In this document: positions 1 through 11,326 of the stretch, piece after piece
Position numbering within the stretch: the first letter of the stretch is position 1
How the letters are laid out: each line of letters starts with the position of its first letter
Assembly (NCBI GenBank): GCA_034722055.1
Contig: JAYENL010000288.1
Coordinates: forward strand, 7,242 to 58,489
Length of the DNA stretch: 51,248 bases
Source of the DNA: Armatimonadota bacterium
Lineage (GTDB): Bacteria; Armatimonadota; Zipacnadia; Zipacnadales; UBA5352
Direction: 5' to 3'
The notes under the pieces: generated by a model
Told to the model about the DNA's origin: nothing
The model's database searches: none
What the model saw: only the letters and a program-made list of their open reading frames with translations
Translations under genes and position numbers: made by a program

Positions 1-95
1 TGCCCGACCTACGCGGACGCGAGTACGCGGACGCGAGTGGCTTGAGCCCCACCTACGCGGAAGGGAGGGCGTTGAGGCCTGGAGACCTGTCCTAC
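1..95 (-). repeat. REP-like (GTAG-family) repeat cluster, probably truncated by the window edge
   Basis: Three CCTAC-ending units, read on the minus strand as GTAGGTCGGG, GTAGGTGGGGCTCAAGCCAC and GTAGGACAGGTCTCCAGGCCTC, plus a tandem 14-mer TACGCGGACGCGAG x2 at 10-37, all in non-coding DNA. Confidence 0.5.
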
Positions 96-153
96 GGGAT
101 GGCAAATCACCCACGTTCCCCCTTCCCCGTGGTGGCCGACAGACCTGCCGCCG

Positions 154-180
154 GCAGGTGTCGGGGGCGGTGGAATCGAA
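154..180 (+). promoter_or_regulatory. Putative sigmaH-like promoter GCAGG-N17-TCGAA
   Basis: Same motif and spacing recurs upstream of several other genes in the window; lies 40 nt before the ATG at 221. Confidence 0.5.
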
Positions 181-220
181 GGGGGCTCACGCACTGAAGC
201 GCTCCGTGGAGGTGGTCTCG

Positions 221-3200
221 ATGACGCGTGCGATCCGCGTGGTGATGGTCGTGGCAGCGTTCGCGCTGGCGGCCCCGCTGGGGGCCCAGGAGCTGCTGGC
301 GAACCCAGGGTTCGAGGAGTTCGGCGAGGACGGGGTGCCCGAGGGGTGGGGCCGGTACGGCGGTGGGGTCCCGGAGAGCAGGCTGGAGGCGAGTGAGGAC
401 GCGCACTCGGGGGAGCGGGCCGTGAGGCTGATCGATACCGGCCCCGAGGAGCGCGATAACCGCTACGCCACCGGCGTGGTGCAGACGGTGGAGGCCGAGC
501 CGGGCGCCATCTACATGCTCAGCGTGTGGCTCAAGCAGCTCCAGCGCAACAATGACGGGGCCATGAACCTGCAGCTCCGATTCCTGCCCGGTGACGAGAT
601 CCACAACATCCGCATGGCCCCGGAGCTGGGCACCTGGCGCAAGTTCACCATCGCCGGCAGGGCCCCGGAGGGCACGGAGCAGGCCAGAGTCTACATCTAC
701 ACCATGCACTACTGGACCACCGAGGCCATCATCGATGACGCCTCGCTGGAGTCGGTCGATGCCGAGACGCTCGGAGCGCGCTACCCCCTGGCGGCGCATG
801 GAGCATCCGGCATCGAGCAGGTCCGTGAGCTGAACCTGCGCACGCCGGTGGTCGCGGATGGGGAGGCCGTTGCCACCATCGCGGTGCCGAAGGGCGACGA
901 GTACGCGGCCCTGGGCGATAACCTGGCGTCGCAGATCGAGGCGAAGACCGGCGCGCGGCCGGAGGTGACCAGCGACTGCCGCTCGTTGGTGGGCTCGGAT
1001 GGCACCATCATCGCGCTGGGCAACCTCAACAACAACTTCATCATCGAGCGTCTCTACTGGAATAAATACCTGCAGATCGATGCCCTCGCGCCCGGCCCGG
1101 GCCGCTACGTGCTGCAGACGGTGCACGAGCCCTACAACTGGCCGCGGGGGATGAACATCCTGGTGGTGGGCGCCTCCGACCTCGACGGCCTGACGGCCGG
1201 CGTCGAGGACCTGGTTGGCCGCATCCCAGAGGGTGACTGGGTGCTGGCGGAGCCGCTGCTGGTCGTCTCCGGCGCCGAGGCGATGGGCGAGGAGGCGGCG
1301 CAGGAGTACATCGAGTCCGACGTGGACCTGCACATCCTGCGCCGGTTCTGGGAGGCGGTGCAGCGCTACCGCGACACAGGCGACCTGGCGCACCCCCGGC
1401 GGGCCAAGCACCTGCTGATGCTGGCCGGGGAGCGGTTCATGGAGGACCCGCACCATCACTACACCTGGCCGGAGGAGACCACCTCGAACATGATCGGCGC
1501 CATGTGGGATGTGCTGGAGGAGGCGCCGATCTTCACCGACGAGGAGCGGCTGCACTGCACGAACGTCATCCTCAATGCCCTCTACGTGCTGCCCTCGCAC
1601 ACCTCCTACTACGGCTCGCTTGAGGACAATGACGGCATCATCTGGAACCACACCACCTTCCCGCTGCTGGGCATCTACTGGATGGCCCGCTACTTCGACC
1701 GCTACTACGGGGACGTGGATGGGAAGATCGCGCTGATGCTGGAGAAGTGCGCCGCGGCCTTCACCGGGCAGGTGAAGTCCTGGAAGCCGCAGGAGGACTC
1801 GGCGGGTTACGTCTCCATCGTCCCCCGCCACACCATCGAGTACACGCTTGCCGAGAACGACTACAGCTACTTCGAGAACGGGAATGTGCTGCGGCACGCT
1901 GAGTACGAGGTGGGCTTCTGCGACAATACCGGGGACGCCGCCGGCTTCGGGGACTCCGGATACGGGCACGGAGTCTACGCGCGGAACCTGCACTGGGCGC
2001 TGTGGTACTACAGGGATGGCCGCTTCCTGTGGTGGCTGGATCGCGTCATGGAGGGCGGCTATGAGAGCCCCTACGACCCGTCGGTGGAGCCGGTGGAGTG
2101 GCTGGACCTGGCCGGCGCGACGGTCTTCGAGCTGCACCCGGAGGTCTATCGCTACACCACCGAGCGAGCCGACTATGGCGGTGAGCCCACGCCGCCCAAC
2201 ATCCCGCAGGAGGAGTGCTTCGACAAGATCGCCTTCCGTGAGAGCCTGGACATGGACGCGGAGTACTTCCTGCTGGACGGCTACTCGCGCGGCAAGCACC
2301 TGCAGTACGACGGGAACAGCATCATCAAGTACTACGCCGACGGGCAGGACTGGCTGATCGACGGCGACTACCTGGTGCGCAACACCACCGACCACAACGG
2401 CGTCAGCGTCATCCGGGGCGGCCGGGTGGCGGAGCTGATCCCCTCCTGCGCGGCGCTTCAGACCATCGCCGACCTGCCCTCGGCCACGCTGGTGGAGACG
2501 GCCGTCTACGACTACAACGGCGTGGACTGGCTGCGCAACATCTTCTGGCTGAAGGGCGAGTTCGTGCTGGTCACTGACCGGATGCGGGCCAATGAGGCCG
2601 ATGACTATACGTTTGTGGGCAACTGGAAGACGCTGGCGGAGGGCCAGCAGGAGCTGACCGACGGCCGGGTCTTCAGCACCGTCCGGAGGGGCGTCGGGGG
2701 CGTGGGGAGCCGGGAGCTGATCACGGTCACCGAGCCCGCGGAGGGCGTGGAGCGGGCGGAGAAGTTCGGCACCAGCGTCTCGCAGCTCGACACCGTGCTG
2801 GAGCTGCCGGCGGGGGAGCTGGAGATGACGCTGTTCGCCTCCGGGGTCAGCACCGGCGCGGACAGCTTCTACGTGTCCATCGACGGCGGAGAGCGAACCG
2901 CCTTTCACATTCCCATCGACAGCTTCGGCCCGTCCTCGCGCACCTGGACCAAGGACGAGCCCACGCCCAACATCGAGATCGCCGAGGCCGGAGCGCACCG
3001 GGTGACGATCACCCTTCGCGAGGGCCCGGGGCCGATGCTGGACCGCATCCTGGTGCGGGATGCGGAGGGCACGGTGGTGGCGGAGGTGGAGGCCGAGGAG
3101 GCGCCCCCGCTGCCCGAGGAGATGGTGGAGCAGGCGCCGGAGAAGCGGTTCTTCGTGAAGGCCGACGGGGTGGCGCAGAGCAAGCTGACGGGGCGGATCA

Positions 3201-4864
3201 ACCACGTTGGCCGGCACATCACCTACATGCGCCAGCGGCTGGGGGGCGAGATGGAGCCCGGCGAGATGCGGGCCTTCCACACGCTCTTCTACAACGATGC
3301 TACCGATGAGCCGAAGGCCTATGACCTGCGGCGGATCAGCGACGAGGCCGTGATGGTGACGCGGGAGGGCGAGCCGTGGCTGGTGGTGCTGGTGGGGGAT
3401 GAGGCCATGATTGGCGGACAGGCGGAGATGAAGATGATGGCCTTCACCCGGGACACTGTGTGGGGCGCCGACGTCACCGACTTCCGCGGCGAGATCTACG
3501 CCGAGCAGCCCTTCAGCGGTGAGCTTCGCGCCGACCCGCCGCACATCACCATCGTGGGCCCGCCGGAGCTGACGTCGGTGGTGCTGGGCGGGATGCCCTT
3601 TGCCCTCTACGAGGGCCGGCTGGACATGGACCTGGCCGAGTTCGGCGACGCCGCAGCGGGCATCGTGGAGCTTGAGCGGCTCTTCGACACCTTCGTGGCG
3701 CGGGCGGCGGCGGCCGAAGGCGGGGCCCCGCCGGAGGAGGGCCTGGAGGCGCCGGAGCTGCGGACGGAGCGGGCGCTGGAGGTGCCGGTGGAGCCGGGCA
3801 CCGAGAGGCAGCCGGTGGAGAGGCTTTATCCCGTGGACCTGGATGGCGATGGCGCCGAGGAGCTGATCGTGCTGCGGGCGCGCGTGGCGCGCGCTGTCAC
3901 CGCCACCGGGGAGGAGCTGTGGAGCGTTGCGGCCGGGGGCACCGCCCGCTCGCTGGCCCACGCCGACATCGACGGCGACGGGGCGCTGGAGGTGCTGCTG
4001 GGGGCCGATGACGAGATGATCCACGTCATCGACGCCGCCACCGGCCAGGTGGAGCGGCGGCATCACTGCGACATCCCGCTGCGCGTGGGGCGCTCCAGCG
4101 TCCGCCAGCCCCGCGTGGGAGCGCTGGCGGTCGATGACCTTGACGGCGACGGGCAGCTCGACATCATCGCCGGCCTCATGAACGCCAACCTGGTGCGCTA
4201 CGACACCGACTTCAACCTCCTGTGGCGCTTCGACTCCATCGAGCACGGCATGCTCGACATGGCGCTGCACGACTTCGAGGGCGACGGCGCGCTGGAGATC
4301 GCGGTCGCCAACCGCTACGGCTCCGTCGAGATCTTCGACGCCGAGGGCCGGCAGACGGCCAACGTCCGCTCGGAGCTGGGCGATGTGCAGATGGCCATCG
4401 GGGACCTGGACGGTGACGGCACCGACGAGGTCGCCAACGGCTCATCGACGGGGGCCTTCACCTGCTCCACCTACGACGGCCCGCAGCGCTTCGAATTCCC
4501 CAACTACGGCTTCGCCTTCACGGAGCTGATCGCCGCGGACCTGCACCAGGCGGCGGGGCAGGAGCTTGCGGCGGCGTCGGAGACCGGCTACGTCTACGTG
4601 CTGGACGCCGACGGCGAGGTGCTGGCCCAGCGGGACTTCGGCGACGCCGTGAACGACATCGCGCTGGTGCAGGCCGCACAGGGGGCGCCTCGCGTGGCGG
4701 TCGCCTGCGATGACGGCTCCGTCTACCTCGTCAACGCCGGGATGGAGCTGGTAGGCGCAGTTGCGCTGGAGGGCCGGCCGCTGCGGCTGGGCGTCATCGG
4801 AGCCGGGGATGGCACGCGGCTGCTGGCGGCCACGACGGACACGGTGCACGTCATCGTGCCGTAG
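221..4864 (+). CDS. Large secreted multidomain protein: N-terminal CBM-like domain, heparinase II/III-like lyase core, inserted beta-sandwich and C-terminal FG-GAP propeller
   Basis: GGAGG at 208-212 before ATG 221; signal peptide MTRAIRVVMVVAAFALAAPLGA; LLANPGFEE CBM-type start; WNH and GKHLQYDGNSI...TTDHNGV motifs resembling heparinase II/III-like proteins; repeated DLDGDG/DIDGDG motifs at the C-terminus. Confidence 0.75.
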   Translation: MTRAIRVVMVVAAFALAAPLGAQELLANPGFEEFGEDGVPEGWGRYGGGVPESRLEASEDAHSGERAVRLIDTGPEERDNRYATGVVQTVEAEPGAIYMLSVWLKQLQRNNDGAMNLQLRFLPGDEIHNIRMAPELGTWRKFTIAGRAPEGTEQARVYIYTMHYWTTEAIIDDASLESVDAETLGARYPLAAHGASGIEQVRELNLRTPVVADGEAVATIAVPKGDEYAALGDNLASQIEAKTGARPEVTSDCRSLVGSDGTIIALGNLNNNFIIERLYWNKYLQIDALAPGPGRYVLQTVHEPYNWPRGMNILVVGASDLDGLTAGVEDLVGRIPEGDWVLAEPLLVVSGAEAMGEEAAQEYIESDVDLHILRRFWEAVQRYRDTGDLAHPRRAKHLLMLAGERFMEDPHHHYTWPEETTSNMIGAMWDVLEEAPIFTDEERLHCTNVILNALYVLPSHTSYYGSLEDNDGIIWNHTTFPLLGIYWMARYFDRYYGDVDGKIALMLEKCAAAFTGQVKSWKPQEDSAGYVSIVPRHTIEYTLAENDYSYFENGNVLRHAEYEVGFCDNTGDAAGFGDSGYGHGVYARNLHWALWYYRDGRFLWWLDRVMEGGYESPYDPSVEPVEWLDLAGATVFELHPEVYRYTTERADYGGEPTPPNIPQEECFDKIAFRESLDMDAEYFLLDGYSRGKHLQYDGNSIIKYYADGQDWLIDGDYLVRNTTDHNGVSVIRGGRVAELIPSCAALQTIADLPSATLVETAVYDYNGVDWLRNIFWLKGEFVLVTDRMRANEADDYTFVGNWKTLAEGQQELTDGRVFSTVRRGVGGVGSRELITVTEPAEGVERAEKFGTSVSQLDTVLELPAGELEMTLFASGVSTGADSFYVSIDGGERTAFHIPIDSFGPSSRTWTKDEPTPNIEIAEAGAHRVTITLREGPGPMLDRILVRDAEGTVVAEVEAEEAPPLPEEMVEQAPEKRFFVKADGVAQSKLTGRINHVGRHITYMRQRLGGEMEPGEMRAFHTLFYNDATDEPKAYDLRRISDEAVMVTREGEPWLVVLVGDEAMIGGQAEMKMMAFTRDTVWGADVTDFRGEIYAEQPFSGELRADPPHITIVGPPELTSVVLGGMPFALYEGRLDMDLAEFGDAAAGIVELERLFDTFVARAAAAEGGAPPEEGLEAPELRTERALEVPVEPGTERQPVERLYPVDLDGDGAEELIVLRARVARAVTATGEELWSVAAGGTARSLAHADIDGDGALEVLLGADDEMIHVIDAATGQVERRHHCDIPLRVGRSSVRQPRVGALAVDDLDGDGQLDIIAGLMNANLVRYDTDFNLLWRFDSIEHGMLDMALHDFEGDGALEIAVANRYGSVEIFDAEGRQTANVRSELGDVQMAIGDLDGDGTDEVANGSSTGAFTCSTYDGPQRFEFPNYGFAFTELIAADLHQAAGQELAAASETGYVYVLDADGEVLAQRDFGDAVNDIALVQAAQGAPRVAVACDDGSVYLVNAGMELVGAVALEGRPLRLGVIGAGDGTRLLAATTDTVHVIVP

Positions 4865-4879
4865 ACGTCCGGGGTCGTG

Positions 4880-6499
<1,620 letters not shown>

Positions 6500-6668
6500 G
6501 GCGATGAGTGCGCGCGCTCGGAGGCGCCGTCCGGGCGGATGAAGCCGATGCGAAGCCTGTGCACGACTGCACCTCCGCAGCGCGAGGACGATATGCGGTC
6601 AAGCGAAAGCGGCGCGACGGCGCTGGGGACTCTGGCGGCCACGCGGGCGCGCCGGCGGGACCCGGCGG

Positions 6669-7433
6669 CTACGAGATCACCGGCCAGGCGAAAAGCAGCA
6701 GTGACAGCAGGATGCCCAGCAGAGCCCCCACCGCCACCTCCGAGAGCCTGTGGATGCCCGCCTGCAGCCGGCTCTGGGCCAGCAGCAGGGCCAGAGCCAG
6801 GGCGAGGGCGCTGACCGAGGGGCTGTGAGTGACCAGGGCGATGGAGGCGGCGATCAGAAAGCCCAGGGCGGTGTGGCCGGAGATGACGCCGCCGGTCAGG
6901 AAGGACCGCCAGCCCGTGGCGCGCTTGATCCAGACGATCAGCACCGCCAGCAGCAGCATGCCCACCAGGACGATCTGCAGCGGGCCCAGGTGCGGACGGG
7001 CGGGCAGCTCGGGCGGCCACTGCAGGAGCCGCAGCACGTTCTCGTTGGTGGCGAAGATCATGGCGCCCGCCAGCAGAGCGTAGATGGAGCAGATGAGCAC
7101 AGCGGCGGCGGCCACGTCCTTGACGACCTTGGCGACCTCGTTCCAGTGCTCGATCTCCAGGTCGATGAGGCCCTCAATGGCCGTGTTGAAGACCTCGGCG
7201 GTGAGGACCAGGACCATGGCCACCAGCAGGTGCAGCAGCTCCGCGTTGGTGACGCCGAATCCCCATGCCGCCAGCAGCACCATGGCGGCCATGATTGACT
7301 GGGTGCGCAGATTGTGCTGGGTCTTGAAGACGTAGTAGAGGCCCTCGAAGGCGTGGTGGAAGCTATCCAGGGTCGAGCGGCGCTTCCACGGCCTCTGTGG
7401 CTGCTGCTGGTCGTCCTGGGGCCGATCACTCAT
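6669..7433 (-). CDS. dgkA: Diacylglycerol/undecaprenol kinase (DgkA) fused to a PAP2-like phosphatase domain
   Basis: SFHHAFEG, EVFNTAIE and KDVAAAAV DgkA motifs; C-terminal SGH and SRLQAGIH PAP2-like motifs; directly follows ybeY. Confidence 0.85.
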   Translation of the reverse strand: MSDRPQDDQQQPQRPWKRRSTLDSFHHAFEGLYYVFKTQHNLRTQSIMAAMVLLAAWGFGVTNAELLHLLVAMVLVLTAEVFNTAIEGLIDLEIEHWNEVAKVVKDVAAAAVLICSIYALLAGAMIFATNENVLRLLQWPPELPARPHLGPLQIVLVGMLLLAVLIVWIKRATGWRSFLTGGVISGHTALGFLIAASIALVTHSPSVSALALALALLLAQSRLQAGIHRLSEVAVGALLGILLSLLLFAWPVIS

Positions 7434-7860
7434 CGTCGCTGAGCAGCTCCCTCATGTGCTGGAGGACGCCCTCCTGCAGCTCGGTCATCTCAGCGCGGGC
7501 CTCCGGAGAGTGGTCCTCGTAGCCGAGAACGTGCAGCACGCCGTGGGCCACGAGCAGGCACAGCTCAGTCTGCAGCGAGTGCCCGGCCTCGTGCGCCTGC
7601 CTGCGGGCGGTCTGTGCCGAGACGATGACCTCGCCGGCCAGCCGTCCAGCCTCCTCCTCGGCCTCGAAGGCGATAACGTCGGTGGCGGCATCGGTGTTCC
7701 GGAACCGGCGGTTGACCTCCCGGATGCGAGTGTCGTCCACAACGGCGATGGAGACCGCGTCGAGGGGGCGGTCGCCGGCAGCTCGCGCCCCCCGGGCCGC
7801 CTCGGCCAGGACCCGGTTATCGACGGGCAGCTCCTCCAGATTGCGGATCTCGACCTCCAT
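7426..7860 (-). CDS. ybeY: rRNA maturation endoribonuclease YbeY
   Basis: NRRFR, TDVIAF and the zinc motif HGVLHVLGYEDH. Confidence 0.95.
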   Translation of the reverse strand: MEVEIRNLEELPVDNRVLAEAARGARAAGDRPLDAVSIAVVDDTRIREVNRRFRNTDAATDVIAFEAEEEAGRLAGEVIVSAQTARRQAHEAGHSLQTELCLLVAHGVLHVLGYEDHSPEARAEMTELQEGVLQHMRELLSDDE

Positions 7861-7866
7861 CGTGGC

Positions 7867-10092
7867 TCAGGCGCGGGCGGCGCGCTCGAGATCGGCCTCG
7901 TCCAGCGCCTCCTCTTCCTCCTCCTGCTCCGGGTATTTCAGCCGCTGATGGAAGATGCCGTGCAGCGTGGCGACGAAGCTGTCGCGAATGGTGTGCAGGT
8001 CGGAAAAGGTGAGGGGGGACTCGTCGAGCTGGCCGTCATCCACCTTCTGTTCGATGATGCTGTCCACGAGCTCCTCGATCTGGTCATGCGTGGGGTTGAC
8101 GAGGGTGCGGGCGGCGGCCTCCACGGAGTCGGCGAGCATCACCAGCGCGGCCTCCCGGGTCTGCGGCTTGGGCCCGGGGTAGCGGAAGTCAGTCTCGTTG
8201 ACGTTCTCCTCGCCATCCTGCTCCAGGGCCAGGTGATAGGGGTAGGAGGCCAGGGAGGTGCCGTGGTGCTGGCGCACGATGTCGGCCACCTGCTGTGGGA
8301 GGCCGATCTCGCGGGCCAGCTCGTAGCCGTCCCGGACGTGAGCCATGAGGGTGAGGGCCGACAGGTGCGGCTTGAGCTTCTCGTGCGGGTTCTCCTCGCC
8401 GAACTGGTTCTCGATGAAGAAGTAAGGGCGCGTGAGCTTCCCGATATCGTGATACATGGCGGCGGTGCGGACCAAAAGGGAGTTGGCGCCGATCTCCTCC
8501 GCGGCCGGCTCGGCGAGGTTGGCGACCATTACGGAGGAGTGATAGGAGCCGGGCGCCTCGGTGAGCAGCCGGTGCAGGATGGGCTCATTGGGGTTCGCCA
8601 GCTCCATCAGCCGCAGGTCGGTGACCGCGCCCACGACGCGCTCGAGGGCCATGACTGCGACCACGGCCACGCTGGCGGAGATGAGGCCGGCCAGGACGGC
8701 GGCCAGGACCTGGCTGCTGGCCACCGAGAGGCCGAAGACGTCGCTGGCGATCGCGAAGAGGACGGCGTTGCCGACTCCGACCAGGCCGGCCGCACGCGCG
8801 ACGGTGAGGCTTCTCCCGCCGGCGGCGGTGATGACGTAGGCCGCGAAGGTGGAGCAGATGATGGTGGCTATCACCAGGCGGGCGTCGCTGCCGGTGGCCA
8901 CCAGACCGGCCAGCAGCCCTGCGGCCACGCTGAAGACGATGGCCAGCCGGGTGCCCAGCAGCATGGCGACCATCATGGTCAGGGCGGTGGCCACGCCGAG
9001 GGTGATGGCGCCATAGACCGACCATTGAAGGGCGATGCGGAAGCCCGCCGCGGCCAGCAGCAGGGCCGCGCACAGCAGCAGCATCTGGCGGTCGTCGGTC
9101 CACACCTGGGGCGCGAAGCGCGCCACATAGGCGCCGAAGACCAGGACGATGGCGGTCAGCAATGCCAGCAGACTCAACGCCTGGCTGGGATCGACGCTGG
9201 GCGTCATAAGTCCGAGGGCCTTGAGCATGTCGATGTGTCGCTGGGTGACGGTCTCGTCGGCGGCCACCACAACGTCGCCGGCCTGGATCTGGCGGCGAAC
9301 TGGATCGACCTTGGCCGCGGCCCGCTTGCGGAGCTCGGCCGTCCTCTCCTCATCGAAGCTCTGATTGGGGCGCAGGGAGTTGGCGGCAACGTCAGCGACC
9401 AGCCGCTGATAGGGAGGCGTAAGCGGCAGTTCGGCGGCGGCCTCTCGAACATCCTTGCGGGCCTCGGCGAGGTCGTCCGTGTTGTCCGTGATGGGGTCCT
9501 GCATCTCCTGGGTGGCAAGGGCCTGGGCATCGCGGCGCAACCGTTCCAGGACGCCCTCGCCGGCCGTCACCAGGAGGCGGAGGGTCTCGTCACTGAGCGC
9601 CACCTCGATGACCTGCTGGAGGTCGCGGACCATCTGCTCGACGTCCTCACGGGGCGCCTGAGCCTCACCCTCAGCGGGCTCGCCCGGAGGCTCGGGCGCC
9701 TCCTCGGGCGGCACGGGTGTGGCCGGCTGCTCCCTGACCTGCAGAGCAGCATCGAAGATGTCGTTGACGGTCTGCTTTACCAGCGCCTCGGCCTCGGGAA
9801 CTGCCCTGTAGAGGTCGAGCACCTCCTCGCGCGCCCGCAGCTGCTCGTCCTTGGTGGCCTGGGTGTCGGTGTAGGTGACAGAGCGTGGTGCGATGATGGT
9901 GCGTTCGGCGACCATGCCCGGCTGGAGGCTTACCTTCTGGGGCAGGAGCCTGGTGTAGAGTGCGCCGAACAGCAGCAGGGAGGTGGCCACGGCCATGGCG
10001 GCGCGGGTGTAGGTGAAGGTGTTGAGGCGCACGCCCAGCACGCTGGGCGGCTGTGCGGCGTCGTTGTTGGCGCTGCTACGCCCTCTGCGCAT
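7867..10092 (-). CDS. pgpH: 7TM-HD phosphohydrolase (PgpH-like c-di-AMP phosphodiesterase family)
   Basis: N-terminal TM, extracellular domain, 7TM block, [50 protein letters not shown]; sits between phoH and ybeY. Start 10092 chosen because it overlaps the phoH 3' end. Confidence 0.88.
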   Translation of the reverse strand: MRRGRSSANNDAAQPPSVLGVRLNTFTYTRAAMAVATSLLLFGALYTRLLPQKVSLQPGMVAERTIIAPRSVTYTDTQATKDEQLRAREEVLDLYRAVPEAEALVKQTVNDIFDAALQVREQPATPVPPEEAPEPPGEPAEGEAQAPREDVEQMVRDLQQVIEVALSDETLRLLVTAGEGVLERLRRDAQALATQEMQDPITDNTDDLAEARKDVREAAAELPLTPPYQRLVADVAANSLRPNQSFDEERTAELRKRAAAKVDPVRRQIQAGDVVVAADETVTQRHIDMLKALGLMTPSVDPSQALSLLALLTAIVLVFGAYVARFAPQVWTDDRQMLLLCAALLLAAAGFRIALQWSVYGAITLGVATALTMMVAMLLGTRLAIVFSVAAGLLAGLVATGSDARLVIATIICSTFAAYVITAAGGRSLTVARAAGLVGVGNAVLFAIASDVFGLSVASSQVLAAVLAGLISASVAVVAVMALERVVGAVTDLRLMELANPNEPILHRLLTEAPGSYHSSVMVANLAEPAAEEIGANSLLVRTAAMYHDIGKLTRPYFFIENQFGEENPHEKLKPHLSALTLMAHVRDGYELAREIGLPQQVADIVRQHHGTSLASYPYHLALEQDGEENVNETDFRYPGPKPQTREAALVMLADSVEAAARTLVNPTHDQIEELVDSIIEQKVDDGQLDESPLTFSDLHTIRDSFVATLHGIFHQRLKYPEQEEEEEALDEADLERAARA

Positions 10093-11089
10093 CCTCGATC
10101 CCGGCCCGCGGTCCGCCAGGACGCTCGGCGGCCGAGTAGGCGCGCACGACGCGCTGCACCAGGTCGTGGCGCACGATGTCGCGCTGGGTGAGCGTGCACA
10201 GCTTGACGCCATCCACGCCCTCGAGGACCTGCAGGGCGTGTCGGAGGCCACTGGAAGCCTCGTCGGGCAGGTCGCTCTGGGTGATGTCGCCGGTGACGGC
10301 CATCCTGGAGCTGAAGCCCATGCGGGTGAGGAACATCTTCATCTGCGCGATCGTGCAGTTCTGCGCCTCGTCGAGGATCATGAAGGCGTCGTTGATGGTG
10401 CGGCCGCGCATGTAGGCCAGCGGCACCACCTCAATGGTGCCATGCTCGGTGAGTCGCCGAGTCCGGTCGGTGCCGATGATGTCGTGGAGTGCATCGTGCA
10501 GTGGTCGCAGATAGGGATCCACCTTGTGCAGCATGTCGCCGGGCAAAAAGCCCAGGCTCTCACCGGCCTCCACGATGGGCCTGGAGAGCACCAGGCGGTT
10601 GACCTCTCCGGCCTTCAGGGCCGCCGTGGCGGCGGCCATGGCCAGGTAGGTCTTGCCGGTGCCGGCGGGGCCGATGCAGAAGGTGAGGTCCAGGTCGCGA
10701 AGCGCCCGGACGTACTCGGCCTGTGCGGGGGTCTTGGGGCGGATGGGCTTGCCGCGGTGGGTGACGATGACGGCCTCAGCCAGCAGGGCCTCGGAGGCGT
10801 CCTCGGACTCGTCGGTGGTGGCGCGCAGGGCGCACGTTATGTCCTGTTGCGTGGGCACGGTGCCGCCGCGGATGGCCTCCAGACAGGTGTCCAGCAGCTT
10901 CGCGGCGGTCTCGGCGCGGCCCCTGTCTCCGTATATCTGCAAGCGATCGTCACGGGGGACGATCACGACGTCCAGCTCATCCTCGATCATGCGCAGATTC
11001 GCGTCTCGCTCGCCTACCAGCGAACTCAGCTCCCCACCCTCGACCTGCACTGAGGTCGTGGGCTTACGCGTGCTCTGCTGTGACGTAAC
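10076..11089 (-). CDS. phoH: PhoH-family ATPase (YbeZ/PhoH1); start either GTG 11050 or non-canonical GTT 11089
   Basis: [11 protein letters not shown]alker [41 protein letters not shown]. Confidence 0.93.
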   Translation of the reverse strand, partial: VTSQQSTRKPTTSVQVEGGELSSLVGERDANLRMIEDELDVVIVPRDDRLQIYGDRGRAETAAKLLDTCLEAIRGGTVPTQQDITCALRATTDESEDASEALLAEAVIVTHRGKPIRPKTPAQAEYVRALRDLDLTFCIGPAGTGKTYLAMAAATAALKAGEVNRLVLSRPIVEAGESLGFLPGDMLHKVDPYLRPLHDALHDIIGTDRTRRLTEHGTIEVVPLAYMRGRTINDAFMILDEAQNCTIAQMKMFLTRMGFSSRMAVTGDITQSDLPDEASSGLRHALQVLEGVDGVKLCTLTQRDIVRHDLVQRVVRAYSAAERPGGPRAGIEDAQRA

Positions 11090-11194
11090 GAATCATCCTC
11101 CTGTCAGGCCGGATCCGGGTTCCGGATGCCGGCCCTCGAAGTAATGGAGCGCGGCGTCTTCACGCCGCGGTCAGATACCGTTCGCACTGCCTTC

Positions 11195-11224
11195 AGTATA
11201 TATCACCGTACCCTCGGAAGTCAA
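11195..11224 (-). promoter_or_regulatory. Sigma70-type promoter of the phoH operon, TTGACT-N18-TATACT
   Basis: Near-consensus -35/-10 in an AT-richer patch about 100 nt upstream of the phoH RBS. Confidence 0.7.
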
Positions 11225-11326
11225 CGGGTGGCGGGGAAGCTGATGGGGGTTTGGGACCGCTCGGGCCCGCGGGCTTGCCCTGACGAGCATCGTCAGGCGC
11301 AGGCCGACATGCGCGGATCATGCGGG

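Noticed and set aside
107..4270. 1387-aa antisense ORF, and similar long ones at 7456-10191, 13178-16729, 17865-20684, 23484-25442, 29234-32761 and 38730-40811
   Set aside because: Shadow frames of GC3-biased genes: no motifs, His/Arg/Val-skewed composition, and they overlap well-supported genes on the other strand.
6500..6668. Possible NAD riboswitch or promoter upstream of nadB (TTGACC present)
   Set aside because: No matching -10 box and no recognisable aptamer.
10093..10251. ORF-track N-terminal extensions (also 12363-12644, 16510-16716, 23370-23675, 44254-44760 and 47049-47273)
   Set aside because: They overlap neighbouring genes or promoters; downstream starts are supported by RBSs, stop-start overlaps, signal peptides or domain boundaries.
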